A stretch of DNA of 64,000 nt from Gaiellales bacterium (GTDB lineage: Bacteria; Actinomycetota; Thermoleophilia; Gaiellales; JAICJC01), in the NCBI GenBank assembly GCA_036403155.1, contig DASWRM010000076.1, positions 66,909-130,908 on the forward strand. The letters run 5' to 3'. A program made the position numbers and the translations under genes. Of the stretch, positions 17,582 through 29,319 are shown in pieces. Below the pieces are notes generated by a model. It was not told the origin of the DNA. It saw nothing but the letters and a program-made list of their open reading frames with translations, and did no database searches. Positions within the stretch are counted from its first letter, which is position 1. Each line of letters begins with the position of its first letter.

Positions 17582-19945
17582 ATGGCCAGGACCACTACGC
17601 GACGGACCCATCGCGCTCCTGGTTCACAGCCGGCTCGGCGCACGCGCAAAACCCCCATCCGCTCCCAGACCCCCCAGCGGAGGCGTGCGTCGAGTCGGAC
17701 ATCTCTTTCGCAGCGCCGTGACCTGGTCGGCGGCGGACTGGTTGCGCTCGGCGCGTTCCTCGGCTTCGTGGAGTACCGCGGCTGGGACGGCGGCGTGGTG
17801 GGGCTCAAGCTCGACGACCTGCTCCACCTGCTCGTGGGCCGCAGCGCGGCGGTGCTGCCACCGCTGCTGATCGTGGCCGGGGCGCTGATCTTCGTCGACA
17901 GCCCAGTCCGCCATGTCCGCCCGATGCGGCTCGGCACCGGCGTGCTGCTCGCGTCGCTGACGCTCGCCCTGTCGTCGACCGACACGCTGCGTCCGCAGCA
18001 GCACGGCGGCCTGATCGGCGCCTACCTGCGCATCGCCCTCGGAGGCCTGGTCGGCGGAGTCGGCATCTCGATCCTCGTGCTCACCGGGTTCATGGCCGGC
18101 ATCGTCCTGGTCACGGGCGCCTCGATCGGCGTGCTGATGCGCAGCTCCGGGCAGCACGTGGCGCGTGCCGCCGGCACCGGCGCACGCCTGGGAGGCGAGG
18201 TGGCGCGCCGGTACCGTGAGCGGCCGTCGTCACGGCCCACGCTCGTCGCGGTTCCGGGCGACAAGCAGACCGCTCGCGGCCGCACGGCACCGCTCGACGG
18301 CAGCCAGGAGTACGCCGACATCTTCGACGACGTCCCGGAGTTCGAGCCGGCGGCCGGGCAGCCCGTCGTGGAGCCGGCGCCGGAGGCGGTCGAGCCGGAG
18401 CCCGAGCCGCAGCAGGAGGACGAGGTCGTCACCGCCGAGGTGGTCGCCGGCCCGATGGAGCTGGACGCCAGCCCGCGCCCGAAGACCGAGTACCGACTGC
18501 CGCCCGCGTCGATCCTGAAGCGCAGCCAGGCGGCCCGCGGCGGGGGCGACGACCATCGCGGGGTGGCCCGCAAGCTGGTCGACGCGCTCGCAAACTTCGG
18601 CGTGGAGGCCCGCTGCGTCGGCATGGTGTCCGGGCCGCGCGTGACGCGCTACGAGCTCCAGCTCGCACCCGGCATCAAGGTCTCGCGCGTGTCGCAGCTG
18701 CGGGACGACCTGGCCTATGCGCTGGCGACGACGGAGATCAGGATCCTCGCCCCGATCCCCGGCAAGCAGGCGGTCGGCGTTGAGGTGCCAAACACATCCC
18801 ACAACACCGTCACGCTGGGCGACATCTACGCCGAGGCCCCGGCCGGCTCGAGCCCCCTGACGGCGTGGCTCGGCAAGGACATCAGCGGCGCCGGCGTCGC
18901 ATGCGACCTGGCGAAGATGCCGCACCTGCTGATCGCCGGAACGACGGGGTCGGGCAAGTCGGGCAGCATCAACGCGATCCTGTGCTCGATCCTGCTGCGC
19001 GCAACGCCGGACGAGGTGCGCATGATCCTGGTCGACCCCAAGCGCGTGGAGCTGAACCACTACGAGTCGATCCCGCACCTGCTGACGCCGGTCGTCACGA
19101 ACATGAAGAACGCCGCCCTCGTCCTGCAGAACATCGTGCGCGAGATGGAGAGCCGCTACGAGCTGATGGGCGCCGTGAAGGCCCGCAACCTGGCGGAGTG
19201 GAACCGCCAGCGGCTGGAGCTGGGGCAAGACCGCGTACCGCACATCCTGGTCGTGATCGACGAGCTCGCCGACCTGATGATGGTCTCGCCGGTCGACGTG
19301 GAGGACGCGATCATCCGGCTGGCGCAGAAGTCGCGCGCCGTCGGCATCCACCTCGTGCTGGCCACCCAGAGCCCGCGCGTGGACGTGATCACCGGCATGA
19401 TCAAGGCGAACGTGCCGTCGCGGATCGCCTTCGCCGTCTCGTCGCAGACCGATTCGCGCGTGATCCTCGACGTGAACGGCGCGGAGGCGCTGCTCGGCGC
19501 CGGCGACATGCTCTACAAGCCGCTGGGCACGTCGAAGCTGCAGCGGGTGCAGGGCGCGTACATCTCCGAGGAGGAGACGCGGCGCATCGTCGAGGCCTGC
19601 CGCAAGCAGGGGGAGCCCTCCTTCGAGGAGGAGCTGCTCGAGCTGCCGTCGGACGTGGAGTCGGAGCAGCTGGACGCGGACGAGGACCCCGTGCTGAACG
19701 ACGCCATCCGGCTCGTGGCCCAGCACCAGACGGCGTCCGTGTCGCTGCTCCAGCGGCGACTGCGGGTCGGCTACACGCGCGCCGGCCGCCTGATCGACAT
19801 GCTCGAGCGCCGCGGCATCGTGTCGGGGTACGAGGGCTCGAAGGCCCGAAACGTGCTGATCGCCGAGTCCGACCTGCCGCGCATCATCGGCGACGCCGCG
19901 CCGGTCCCGGTGGCGGACGAGCCGGGCGACGACCTGACCTTCTAG
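17582..19945 (+). CDS. ftsK: DNA translocase FtsK
   Basis: N-terminal TM segments, a Pro/Glu-rich linker, the motor domain (GTTGSGKS Walker A, LVVIDELADLMM) and a C-terminal gamma winged helix (SVSLLQRRLRVGYTRAGRLID). Confidence 0.92.
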   Translation: MARTTTRRTHRAPGSQPARRTRKTPIRSQTPQRRRASSRTSLSQRRDLVGGGLVALGAFLGFVEYRGWDGGVVGLKLDDLLHLLVGRSAAVLPPLLIVAGALIFVDSPVRHVRPMRLGTGVLLASLTLALSSTDTLRPQQHGGLIGAYLRIALGGLVGGVGISILVLTGFMAGIVLVTGASIGVLMRSSGQHVARAAGTGARLGGEVARRYRERPSSRPTLVAVPGDKQTARGRTAPLDGSQEYADIFDDVPEFEPAAGQPVVEPAPEAVEPEPEPQQEDEVVTAEVVAGPMELDASPRPKTEYRLPPASILKRSQAARGGGDDHRGVARKLVDALANFGVEARCVGMVSGPRVTRYELQLAPGIKVSRVSQLRDDLAYALATTEIRILAPIPGKQAVGVEVPNTSHNTVTLGDIYAEAPAGSSPLTAWLGKDISGAGVACDLAKMPHLLIAGTTGSGKSGSINAILCSILLRATPDEVRMILVDPKRVELNHYESIPHLLTPVVTNMKNAALVLQNIVREMESRYELMGAVKARNLAEWNRQRLELGQDRVPHILVVIDELADLMMVSPVDVEDAIIRLAQKSRAVGIHLVLATQSPRVDVITGMIKANVPSRIAFAVSSQTDSRVILDVNGAEALLGAGDMLYKPLGTSKLQRVQGAYISEEETRRIVEACRKQGEPSFEEELLELPSDVESEQLDADEDPVLNDAIRLVAQHQTASVSLLQRRLRVGYTRAGRLIDMLERRGIVSGYEGSKARNVLIAESDLPRIIGDAAPVPVADEPGDDLTF

Positions 19946-19996
19946 CCCGGAGGCGAGCGGAGGGCCGCGGGCCGCCGCTTCACTACCCTGCAGCAC

Positions 19997-20857
19997 GTGA
20001 CCGACGACTGGTATGCGCGCCTGCAGGGGTCGGGACTGCTCGACACGCTGGCGCCGTACTCACCCGTGCTGGTCGGGAGCCATCCGCTCGGGATCGCACC
20101 CGCCGGCGCCCCGGTCGAGATCGTCTGCCGGGCGGTCGATCTGGCGGCGTTCGCGCGCGTGCTCGAGCGCTCCTATGGCGGTGACGGGTTCGCGCTCCAC
20201 CCGGGGTCGCTGGGCGCCGATGAGGCGGTGTTCGCCGAGTTCGCGGTGGACGGCCTGCCGGTCGAGGTGTCCGCGCAGCGAGAGCACGAGCACCGCCGCC
20301 TCGGTGCCGCGACCCTGGGCGTGGCGCGGGTGCTCGAGCACGAAGGCCCGGTCACGCGCGACCGCCTCGCCGCGCGGGTGGCCGCAGGGGACGACTGGCT
20401 GGACGCGGCCATGCACCAGACCGGACTGAGCCGCTCGGCGCTGGAGGCACTGGCCACGGCGAATACCACCGTCGCCCGGCGGGTGCTCGGCGTGCCGACA
20501 CCGGGGCCGGCCGTCCGCCAGTACGTCGTGCCGCTGCTGGTCGGCTTCATGTCGGAGACGCTGATCGTGCTGGCGACCGCGTCCAACCACTCGCAGGATT
20601 TCACCGGTGCGATGTTCCTGCTGGAGGCGATCGTGCTGGGCGCCATCTTCGGGACGCGCATGGGTCTGGTCGCCGCGCTGACGCCGCTGATCGCGTTCGG
20701 CGCCGTGGTCGGGTCGAGCGTGGTGGTCGGCAGCGAGTCGTGCGGCGAGGACGGGTGCGGCTACCAGTTCGCGAGCTACACGTTCGTCGCGGTGCTGGTC
20801 GCCAGCGCCGCCGGCTTCACGGGGCTGCTGCGGGACAGGTACTTCCCGCGTGCCTGA
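19997..20857 (+). CDS. hypothetical protein: soluble N-terminal domain fused to C-terminal TM segments
   Basis: GTG start with GC-rich third positions. The C-terminal third is hydrophobic (VVPLLVGFMSETLIVLA..., FLLEAIVLGAIF..., FVAVLVASAAGF). I could not assign a family with confidence. Confidence 0.4.
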   Translation: MTDDWYARLQGSGLLDTLAPYSPVLVGSHPLGIAPAGAPVEIVCRAVDLAAFARVLERSYGGDGFALHPGSLGADEAVFAEFAVDGLPVEVSAQREHEHRRLGAATLGVARVLEHEGPVTRDRLAARVAAGDDWLDAAMHQTGLSRSALEALATANTTVARRVLGVPTPGPAVRQYVVPLLVGFMSETLIVLATASNHSQDFTGAMFLLEAIVLGAIFGTRMGLVAALTPLIAFGAVVGSSVVVGSESCGEDGCGYQFASYTFVAVLVASAAGFTGLLRDRYFPRA

Positions 20858-20919
20858 GACCGCAACGATCTCCCAGCAAATCGATACACTACGCGCTCGC
20901 CGCAGTCGGCACCCTCGCC

Positions 20920-21693
20920 ATGTTTGAAATTGGTTCAGCACTCCGCGAGGCTCGTGAGCGCAAGGGGTTGTCCTTCCCGCAGGTCGAGGAGGGCACCAAG
21001 ATCCGGGCCCGCTACATCCGCGCCCTCGAGGAGGAGGACTTCGGCGTGCTGCCAGGGGCCACCTACTCGAAGGGGTTCCTGCGTGCCTACGCGGACTACC
21101 TCGGGCTGGACGGGCACCTGTTCATCGACGAGTTCAACTCGCGCTACCACGACCCCAGGCGAGAGGACGACCGGCCGATCTACCCGCCGTCCCAGCGCCG
21201 CGTCACCGCCCACCGCCGCGAGACCAGCATCGTGCTGATCGCGCTGGCCGCGATCGTGGCGATCGCCTCGATGGTGTTCCTGACCCTTGGCGCCGGCGGG
21301 ACGAACCATGTCGATCTGCCGACGCCTCCCGCCTCCACCCCGGGCACCGGCGCGACCACCGGCACGACGCAGGAGCAGAAGGCGCACCACGTCACGAAGA
21401 AGCCGCACCGGGCGAAGCGGACGTTCCGGATCTCGATCAGCGCCTCGGGCGACTCGTGGATCTATGCCCACCGCGGCTCGCCCGGCGGCCCGGCCGCCGT
21501 CTCGGTGCGCCACACCGACCTGTCGGCGTACCTGCTGCACGCCGGCGAGACGGCCGACATCAAGGCCACCGGCCCGATCGCGATCACGATCGGCGCGCCG
21601 GGGAGCATCAGCATCTCCATCGACGGGCGCGCCAGACGGCTGCCGCCCGGTCTCAAGTTCACGATCACCCGTCAGGGCATCAGCCGGGCGTGA
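20920..21693 (+). CDS. RodZ-like HTH-domain membrane protein
   Basis: An N-terminal XRE-type HTH (LREARERKGLSFPQVEEGTKIRARYIRALEEEDF), a single TM segment (IVLIALAAIVAIASMVFL) and a C-terminal beta-rich DUF4115-like region. Confidence 0.65.
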   Translation: MFEIGSALREARERKGLSFPQVEEGTKIRARYIRALEEEDFGVLPGATYSKGFLRAYADYLGLDGHLFIDEFNSRYHDPRREDDRPIYPPSQRRVTAHRRETSIVLIALAAIVAIASMVFLTLGAGGTNHVDLPTPPASTPGTGATTGTTQEQKAHHVTKKPHRAKRTFRISISASGDSWIYAHRGSPGGPAAVSVRHTDLSAYLLHAGETADIKATGPIAITIGAPGSISISIDGRARRLPPGLKFTITRQGISRA

Positions 21694-22952
21694 GCCGCCC
21701 AACCGCCGCGGTCCTGCTCACGGGCAGCGAGCTGCTGCGCGGCGTGATCTCCGACCGCAACGCCTCGCACCTGGCCGAGCGGCTCGAGGCGCTCGGCTTC
21801 GAGATGCGCCGGACCCTGGTGGTCGGCGACCCGCTGGAGGACATCGAGCAGGCGGTGCGCGACCTCGCGGGCGGCCACGACCTGATCGTCACGTCCGGGG
21901 GCCTGGGGCCGACGCATGACGACCGGACGGTCGAGGCGCTCGCCGGCGTCGCCGGCGCGCCGCTCGAGCTGGACGAGGGCGTGCTCGGCCAGATCTCTGC
22001 CTGGACGGACGGCGTGGCCGACCGCATGGGCTTCGACCGCGAGCGCTTCGCGGCCGGTAACCGCAAGCAGGCCCGCATCCCGCGCGGCGCATCGGTGCTC
22101 GGGCTGGCGGGGACGGCACCCGGGCTGGTCATGGAGGTCGGCGGCTCGGTGGTCGTCGTGCTGCCCGGCGTGCCCTCGGAGCTGCGGCGCCTCTGGGAGC
22201 TCGCGCCCGGTCATCCCCGGCTCGCGGATCTGATGGCCCGTGCCGAGCCGCGCCGCCGCCTGCTGCTGCGCACCTACGGCATCGGCGAGTCGCACGTCGC
22301 CGACCTGTTCGCAGATGCCGGGGGTGACCCCCCGGGCGTCGAGACGAGCATCTGCGCGCGCAACTACGAGATCGAGATCGACGTGCGTGCGACGCCCGGC
22401 GCCGACGCGGCCGGCGAGCGCCTGTGGCGGGAGATGCGCAGCAGCCTCGGCGGGCACGTCTTCGCCACCGACGAGCGGCCGGTGGCCGAGCTCGTGCTGG
22501 CCGCGGCGCGGCAGCGCGGCCTGACGCTCGCGACCGCCGAGTCATGCACGGGCGGCATGGTGGCCGGGGAGCTGACCGCCATTCCGGGCAGCTCCGACGT
22601 CTTTGCGGGTGGAGCGGTGACGTACTCCGACCGCCTCAAGCACGACCTTGTCGGCGTCCCCGGCCATGTCCTGGCCGAGCACGGGGCGGTCAGCGCGGAG
22701 ACGGCGGCCGCGATGGCGGCGGGGGCGCGCGCGCGGCTGGGCGCCGGCGTGGCCGTCTCGGTCACGGGCGTCGCCGGGCCCGGCGGCGGCAGCGACGAGA
22801 AGCCGGTCGGCCTCGTGTACCTCCACGCGAGCGGTGCGGGCCGCGAGACGCCGCGCCACATGCAGTGGGGAGGCCGCCGCGAGGACATCCGGCTGCGTGC
22901 GACCGTCGCCGCGCTCCACCTGCTGCTCGAGCATCTCGGCACCGAATCGTGA
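21690..22952 (+). CDS. cinA: competence/damage-inducible protein CinA (MoCF-binding domain plus PncC-like NMN deamidase domain)
   Basis: AAVLLTGSELLRGVISDRNA...LIVTSGGLGPTHDD, followed by the C-terminal TAESCTGG motif. GTG 21690 overlaps the upstream stop (GTGA). It lies immediately before recA. Confidence 0.85.
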   Translation: MSRPTAAVLLTGSELLRGVISDRNASHLAERLEALGFEMRRTLVVGDPLEDIEQAVRDLAGGHDLIVTSGGLGPTHDDRTVEALAGVAGAPLELDEGVLGQISAWTDGVADRMGFDRERFAAGNRKQARIPRGASVLGLAGTAPGLVMEVGGSVVVVLPGVPSELRRLWELAPGHPRLADLMARAEPRRRLLLRTYGIGESHVADLFADAGGDPPGVETSICARNYEIEIDVRATPGADAAGERLWREMRSSLGGHVFATDERPVAELVLAAARQRGLTLATAESCTGGMVAGELTAIPGSSDVFAGGAVTYSDRLKHDLVGVPGHVLAEHGAVSAETAAAMAAGARARLGAGVAVSVTGVAGPGGGSDEKPVGLVYLHASGAGRETPRHMQWGGRREDIRLRATVAALHLLLEHLGTES

Positions 22953-23000
22953 CATCGCCGGGCTTGAGGTGCGTCCGACCTCGGGTCTAGTATTCCGGCA

Positions 23001-23014
23001 CGAACACTCGTTCG
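23001..23014. promoter_or_regulatory. LexA (SOS/Cheo-type) box upstream of recA
   Basis: cgaacactcgttcg is a perfect CGAAC-N4-GTTCG palindrome located 49 nt upstream of the recA ATG. Confidence 0.6.
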
Positions 23015-23062
23015 CCGTCGAAATGCCAATCAGCCCGGCGCCGGCCGGAGAAGAGGTGGGAG

Positions 23063-24190
<1,128 letters not shown>

Positions 24191-24206
24191 CGCCGGCGGG
24201 CCGGCG

Positions 24207-24824
24207 ATGGACACAGTCATCGCGCTGACCGCGTCCCGGTCGCCCGGGCAGCTGGTATCGGTCGGGCTGGACTCCGGCGAGCGCTTTCTGCTGTCGACGC
24301 GCCGGCTGGCTGAGCTTCGTCTGGCCGCGGGCGACGAGCTCGACAGCAGACGGGTGCGAGAGCTGCGTGAGGCCGCCGAAGACGAGCGAAACGAGCAGCG
24401 CGTCCTGCGGCTGATCGCGGTGCGACCGCGTTCCCGCACCGAGCTGGCCCATCGGCTCGCCGAATGGCAGGTTCGCGAGCCGCGCGCCCAGGCGCTGCTG
24501 GAACGGCTGGAGTCGGCCGGCCTGCTCGACGAGCGGCAACTGGCGGCGGACGTGTCGGAGGGGCTGAGGCGGCGCGGGCACGGCAGCCTGCGGGCGGCAC
24601 ATGACCTCGACCGGCTCGCCGTCGACCCGGCCACTGCCGCTCCCGTGGTCGGTGACCATGCGGCGACCGACGCGGCGCGCGCTCGTGCGCTGCTCGTCTC
24701 GCGGTTCGGCCACGGCCCCTACGCCGCCGCGGCTGCGCGCCGGGCGGCCGCGCTCCTGGCGCGCAGGGGGTTCGGCGCGGAGGTCGTCTCGGAGGTGCTC
24801 GGACTGGACGACCACCTGCTCTGA
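24207..24824 (+). CDS. recX: recombination regulator RecX
   Basis: A helical-repeat protein directly after recA (RSRTELAHRLAE..., LLDERQLAADVSEGLRRRGHG). Confidence 0.8.
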   Translation: MDTVIALTASRSPGQLVSVGLDSGERFLLSTRRLAELRLAAGDELDSRRVRELREAAEDERNEQRVLRLIAVRPRSRTELAHRLAEWQVREPRAQALLERLESAGLLDERQLAADVSEGLRRRGHGSLRAAHDLDRLAVDPATAAPVVGDHAATDAARARALLVSRFGHGPYAAAAARRAAALLARRGFGAEVVSEVLGLDDHLL

Positions 24825-25087
24825 CGCGCCCACGGCGCCCTGCGTCCATTGCGGAGGCCTTCACTCCTCCGGTACGATACGAGCCGGAGCAGGTCTCCGT
24901 CTTCAGCACGTTTCGCCTGCAAATGCAGGAGTTCTCAATGCGATTCGGTGTTCGGCATCCCGGCCGCGACGTCCGTCCGGCAGCGGGGTGAGGTCCGGAT
25001 CGTATGAGGCCGAATGAGGACGGCCCCGCTCCCGGTGACATCTTCCACGCCCGCCGCGTGCGGGCGATCTGACAGTAAGGAGCGACA

Positions 25088-26620
25088 ATGGAGCAGGCGC
25101 TGATCGGCCTGGCGGCGGCGATCGTCGGCGTGGCCATCGGCTTCGCCGTGCGCGCGCGCGTCGGCGCCGGGCGCATGGCCGACGCCGAGCGGCAGGCGGC
25201 GAGGATCCTCGAGGACGCCGAGGGTCGCGCCGAGGCGCAGGTGAAAGAGGCCCGCGTCCAGGCACGCGAGGAGCTGCTGCAGCAGCGCGCGGTGCAGGAG
25301 CGGGAGCTGGGCGACCGCCGTGCCGAGATCGCCAAGATCGAAGAGCGCCTCGCGGCTCGGGAGGAGATCACGGCGGCCAAGGCGGAGGAAGTGTCACGGC
25401 GCGAGCAGTCGATCTCCGACCGCGAGACCCACGCGCGGCAGATGCAGGAGGAGCTGAAGGCGGCGAAGGACGCCCAGCTCGCCGAGCTCGAGCGCGTCGC
25501 CGGGATGACCGCGACGCAGGCCCGCGAAACGCTGCTGGCGCAGACCGAGGAGCGCGCCCGCCACGACATGGCGAAGATCGTCCGGCAGGTCGACGAGGAG
25601 ACCAAGCTCGAGGCTGACCGCCGCGCCCGCAACATCCTCTCGGTCGCCATCCAGCGCACCGCCTCCGGCCACACCGCCGAGACGACGGTATCGGTCGTCC
25701 AGCTGCCCTCCGACGATCTCAAGGGCCGGATCATCGGCCGGGAGGGCCGCAACATCCGCGCGCTCGAGAACCTCACCGGCGTGGACGTGATCATCGACGA
25801 CACCCCGCAGGCCGTGGTGCTGTCGGCCTTCGACGGCGTCCGGCGGGCCACGGCGCGGCTGACGCTCGAGAAGCTGATCGCCGACGGGCGCATCCACCCG
25901 TCCCGGATCGAGGAGATGTACTACCAGTCCAAGTCCGAGATCGAGGCGCAGATCGTGTCGGCGGGCGAGCAGGCCTGCTTCGAGGCGAACGTGCACGGGC
26001 TGCATCCGGAGCTGGTCAAGGTGCTCGGCCGGCTGCACTACCGCACCAGCTACGGCCAGAACGTGCTGAAGCACTCGATCGAGTGCGCGCACCTGGCGGC
26101 GATCATGGCGGCCGAGCTGGGCGCGAGCGAGAAGACCGCGCGGCGGGCGGCGCTGCTCCATGACCTCGGCAAGGCGGTGACGCACGAGGTGGAGGGCTCG
26201 CATGCGGTGATCTCGGCCGAGATGGCGCGCAAGTACCGCGAGTCGCCGAGCGTTGCGCACGCGATCGAGGCCCATCACTACGACGTCGAGCCGCAGACCG
26301 TCGAGGCGGTGCTCGTGATCGCCGCGGACTCCGTGTCCGCGTCGCGTCCGGGCGGGCGCGGCGAGAGCCTCGAGCACTACATCAAGCGGCTGGAGGCGCT
26401 CGAGGAGATCGCCGGGTCGAAGCGGGGCGTCGAGCGCGTCTACGCGATGCAGGCGGGCCGCGAGGTGCGCGTGATGGTGAAGCCGGAGGAGGTCGACGAC
26501 GACACCGCCGCGCTGCTCAGCCACGAGATCGCGCGCGAGATCGAGGGGCAGCTCGAGTATCCCGGGCAGATCAAGGTGACGGTGATCCGGGAGTCGCGGG
26601 CGGTGGACGTGGCGCACTAG
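25088..26620 (+). CDS. rny: ribonuclease Y
   Basis: An N-terminal TM helix, a coiled coil, a KH domain ([15 protein letters not shown]) and an HD domain (LLHDLGKA...HH). An AAGGAG RBS precedes the start. Confidence 0.9.
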   Translation: MEQALIGLAAAIVGVAIGFAVRARVGAGRMADAERQAARILEDAEGRAEAQVKEARVQAREELLQQRAVQERELGDRRAEIAKIEERLAAREEITAAKAEEVSRREQSISDRETHARQMQEELKAAKDAQLAELERVAGMTATQARETLLAQTEERARHDMAKIVRQVDEETKLEADRRARNILSVAIQRTASGHTAETTVSVVQLPSDDLKGRIIGREGRNIRALENLTGVDVIIDDTPQAVVLSAFDGVRRATARLTLEKLIADGRIHPSRIEEMYYQSKSEIEAQIVSAGEQACFEANVHGLHPELVKVLGRLHYRTSYGQNVLKHSIECAHLAAIMAAELGASEKTARRAALLHDLGKAVTHEVEGSHAVISAEMARKYRESPSVAHAIEAHHYDVEPQTVEAVLVIAADSVSASRPGGRGESLEHYIKRLEALEEIAGSKRGVERVYAMQAGREVRVMVKPEEVDDDTAALLSHEIAREIEGQLEYPGQIKVTVIRESRAVDVAH

Positions 26621-26693
26621 CGTTCGCGTCTCGTTACAAACTGCTTACATCAGACCAGAAGCTTCCAAACACAAGCTTCCGATAGTGAGAACC

Positions 26694-27185
26694 ATGAAGG
26701 GTCGGGTCACCCTCCTCACAGTCCTCCTGATGCTCGCGTCGGGCGTCGCCGCCTACGGAGCCGGGGGCCTCACGGCGATGACGACGACGTGCAGCCATTG
26801 CGGCACGCTCGGGGCGGTGCGCGGCCACGGCGTCCTGCGGCAGACGGGCACGGGCGTCACCTACGGGACCGTCGGCCAGGGGACGATCGCGATGCTCGAC
26901 CGCAGCAGCAACGGGGAGCAGAACTTCAGCGTGTCGGGCTGGGAGCACCGCTGGAAGAAGGGCGGCTTCACGTACTTCTCCGGCAAGGGCATGTCGTACC
27001 TCGCCTCGACGAGCTGGACGGTACGCATCAACGGGTCCTGGGGCATCTCGGCGACGACGCGGGCGAACGGGTGGGGGTACATCCAGGGCTCGGGCGGCTG
27101 GAGCCTCAACGGCCGCGGCGGCAGCTCGACGAGCCGCTGGCCGAGCTGGCCATCCGCCGGCCGGTCATTCTCGCTCTACTCCTGA
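26694..27185 (+). CDS. secreted hypothetical protein
   Basis: Signal peptide MKGRVTLLTVLLMLASGVAAYGA followed by a Gly/Ser/Trp-rich beta-looking body. Alternative start at GTG 26685. Confidence 0.5.
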   Translation: MKGRVTLLTVLLMLASGVAAYGAGGLTAMTTTCSHCGTLGAVRGHGVLRQTGTGVTYGTVGQGTIAMLDRSSNGEQNFSVSGWEHRWKKGGFTYFSGKGMSYLASTSWTVRINGSWGISATTRANGWGYIQGSGGWSLNGRGGSSTSRWPSWPSAGRSFSLYS

Positions 27186-27218
27186 AGCCGTCCCGCCCGA
27201 CGGCTACCATGCAGGCCC

Positions 27219-27914
27219 ATGGCTGAGAAGATCCTCATCGTCGAGGACGAGCGCAACATCGCGTCCTTCGTCTCGATGTACCTGAAGAACGCGAGGTACC
27301 AGGTCGAGATCGCCCGCGACGGCGGCGAGGCGCTGCTCAAGGCCGAGAACGTCAAGCCGGACCTGGTCGTGCTCGATCTGATGCTGCCGGACATCGACGG
27401 GCTCGAGGTCTGCCGCCAGATCCGCTCGACCTCGGACGTGCCGATCCTGATGCTGACCGCCCGCGACGACGACATCGACAAGATCGTCGGCCTCGAGGTG
27501 GGTGCGGACGACTACCTGACCAAGCCGTTCAATCCGCGCGAGCTGGTGGCCCGGATCAAGTCGATCCTGCGCCGCGCGACCCAGACCCAGAAGAGCGGCC
27601 GGCCGCCGGAGGCCGTCATGGAGCACGGCGCGATCAAGATCGACGCCGGTCGCCGCGAGGTGACCGTGAGCGGCGAGCAGGTGCAGCTCGCGCCGAAGGA
27701 GTTCGACCTGCTCTGGGAGCTGCTCGACCACCGCGGGCTGGTGTTGACGCGCGACCAGCTGCTCGAGCGGGTGTGGGGCTACACGTTTGCCGGCGATACG
27801 CGCACGGTGGACGTGCACGTGCGCCAGCTTCGCCGGAAGCTCGGCGACGAGTGCCCGGTCGCCACCGTCTGGGGCGTCGGGTACAAGGTCGCTGACGATG
27901 CTTCGGTCGCTTAG
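27219..27914 (+). CDS. OmpR/PhoB-family response regulator
   Basis: A receiver domain (ILIVEDE...DLVVLDLMLPDIDG...KPF) and a winged-helix output domain (VDVHVRQLRRKLG...VWGVGYK). Confidence 0.9.
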   Translation: MAEKILIVEDERNIASFVSMYLKNARYQVEIARDGGEALLKAENVKPDLVVLDLMLPDIDGLEVCRQIRSTSDVPILMLTARDDDIDKIVGLEVGADDYLTKPFNPRELVARIKSILRRATQTQKSGRPPEAVMEHGAIKIDAGRREVTVSGEQVQLAPKEFDLLWELLDHRGLVLTRDQLLERVWGYTFAGDTRTVDVHVRQLRRKLGDECPVATVWGVGYKVADDASVA

Positions 27915-29319
27915 GACACGGCTCGCCCTTCTCTTCGCCGGGACGCTGCTGCTGGCGACGGTGATCGCCGGCGCCGCGTCGATCCGCCTCTACCAGTCCT
28001 ACAACCGCGACCAGACCTCGCGCGAGCTGCGCAAGCAGGTCGTCGGCGCGGCCGACTACTTCAGCAAGGCCGCGGTCGGCTTCGGCGGGCACAATCGGCG
28101 GGCGCCCACCGGGTTCACGGTGGATCAGTTTCAGCACATCTGCAGCTGCAAGCTGCTGTGGGAGGGCCAGCTTCCGCCCTTCCCGACGAAGTCGAACCTG
28201 CTCGAGTTCGCCGGCAACGGCACCAAGCTCGACTGGAGACGGATGCACCAGGGCGAGGCGGAGACCTTCCAGTTCATCCCGCCCGACCAGTCGCGGACGT
28301 ATCTGGGCGCGGCGGCACCGCTGACGGTCGACGGCCTGCCGCTGGGCGCGATCGTGATGGCCAAGCCGCTGGCCGACGTGAACAGCGCGTGGACGAAGGT
28401 GGCCGTTCGGGTCGCCGCGGGCACGGGCATCGGGCTGCTGGTCGCGTTCGTCCTGGCGACGCTCGTCGCGCGGCGCATCACCCGCCCGCTGAAGGAGATC
28501 GGCGCGGCCGCCGACCGGGTCGCGCGTGGCGACCTCGAGGTCAACGTCGCCGGCCGGGACACGGCCGACGACGAGCTGGGCCAGCTCGCACACCGCTTCC
28601 AGGGCATGGTCAACCGCCTGCGCGAGGTGGACGAGCTCGAGCGCAACTTCCTGATGCGCGTCACCCACGAGCTGCGCACGCCCGTCACGGCCATCTCCGG
28701 CCACGTGCAGGCGATGACCGAGGGCCTCGTCGGTCCCGAGGACTTGGATGCATCGCTCGGCGCCGTCGGCGAGGAGGTGCGCCGCATCGGGCGGCTGGTC
28801 GACGACCTGCTCGACCTCACGCGCCTCGAGGCGCACCAGTTCCGGCTGGTGCGCGAGGAGGTCGGCCTGGAGGCGCTGCTCGAGCAGGCCGCCTCGTCCT
28901 TCCGCGACCGTGCGCGGTCGAACGACGTCTCCTTCGATGCGCTGACCGCGGGCGCGCCGACGGTGCTCTCGGACGGCGACCGCGTACTGCAGATCGTGTC
29001 CAACCTGCTCGACAATGCGTTTCGCTGGACGCCGCGCAAGGGCACGGTAACGCTCAGCTATGCGGCGGCGAACGGCACCACGGCGATCCACATCTCGGAC
29101 ACCGGCCCCGGCATCCCCGCCGCGGACCAGGACGCGGTGTTCCACCCGTTCTACAGCCGGCGGGGCGAGGGCGGCACCGGTCTCGGCCTGTCCATCGGGC
29201 GCGAGCTGGCGCACGCGCTGGGCGGGCGCCTGACGGTGGACAGCGAGCCCGGTCAGGGGACGACCTTCACGCTGTCGCTGCCCTCGTCGCAGCTCAACGG
29301 CGACGGCCGGACGGCCTGA
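27898..29319 (+). CDS. sensor histidine kinase (HAMP-HisKA-HATPase)
   Basis: Two TM segments, HAMP, the H-box THELRTPVTAISG, and N/G boxes (SNLLDNAFRW, DTGPGIP, GTGLGLSI). ATG 27898 overlaps the response regulator 3' end by 17 nt. Confidence 0.85.
   Translation: MLRSLRTRLALLFAGTLLLATVIAGAASIRLYQSYNRDQTSRELRKQVVGAADYFSKAAVGFGGHNRRAPTGFTVDQFQHICSCKLLWEGQLPPFPTKSNLLEFAGNGTKLDWRRMHQGEAETFQFIPPDQSRTYLGAAAPLTVDGLPLGAIVMAKPLADVNSAWTKVAVRVAAGTGIGLLVAFVLATLVARRITRPLKEIGAAADRVARGDLEVNVAGRDTADDELGQLAHRFQGMVNRLREVDELERNFLMRVTHELRTPVTAISGHVQAMTEGLVGPEDLDASLGAVGEEVRRIGRLVDDLLDLTRLEAHQFRLVREEVGLEALLEQAASSFRDRARSNDVSFDALTAGAPTVLSDGDRVLQIVSNLLDNAFRWTPRKGTVTLSYAAANGTTAIHISDTGPGIPAADQDAVFHPFYSRRGEGGTGLGLSIGRELAHALGGRLTVDSEPGQGTTFTLSLPSSQLNGDGRTA

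Noticed and set aside
28158-29318. Upstream 387 codons of ORF 28158..29759 overlapping the histidine kinase
   Set aside because: This is an off-frame shadow of the kinase gene. Only the last 146 codons, starting at the ATG that overlaps the kinase stop, are plausibly coding.
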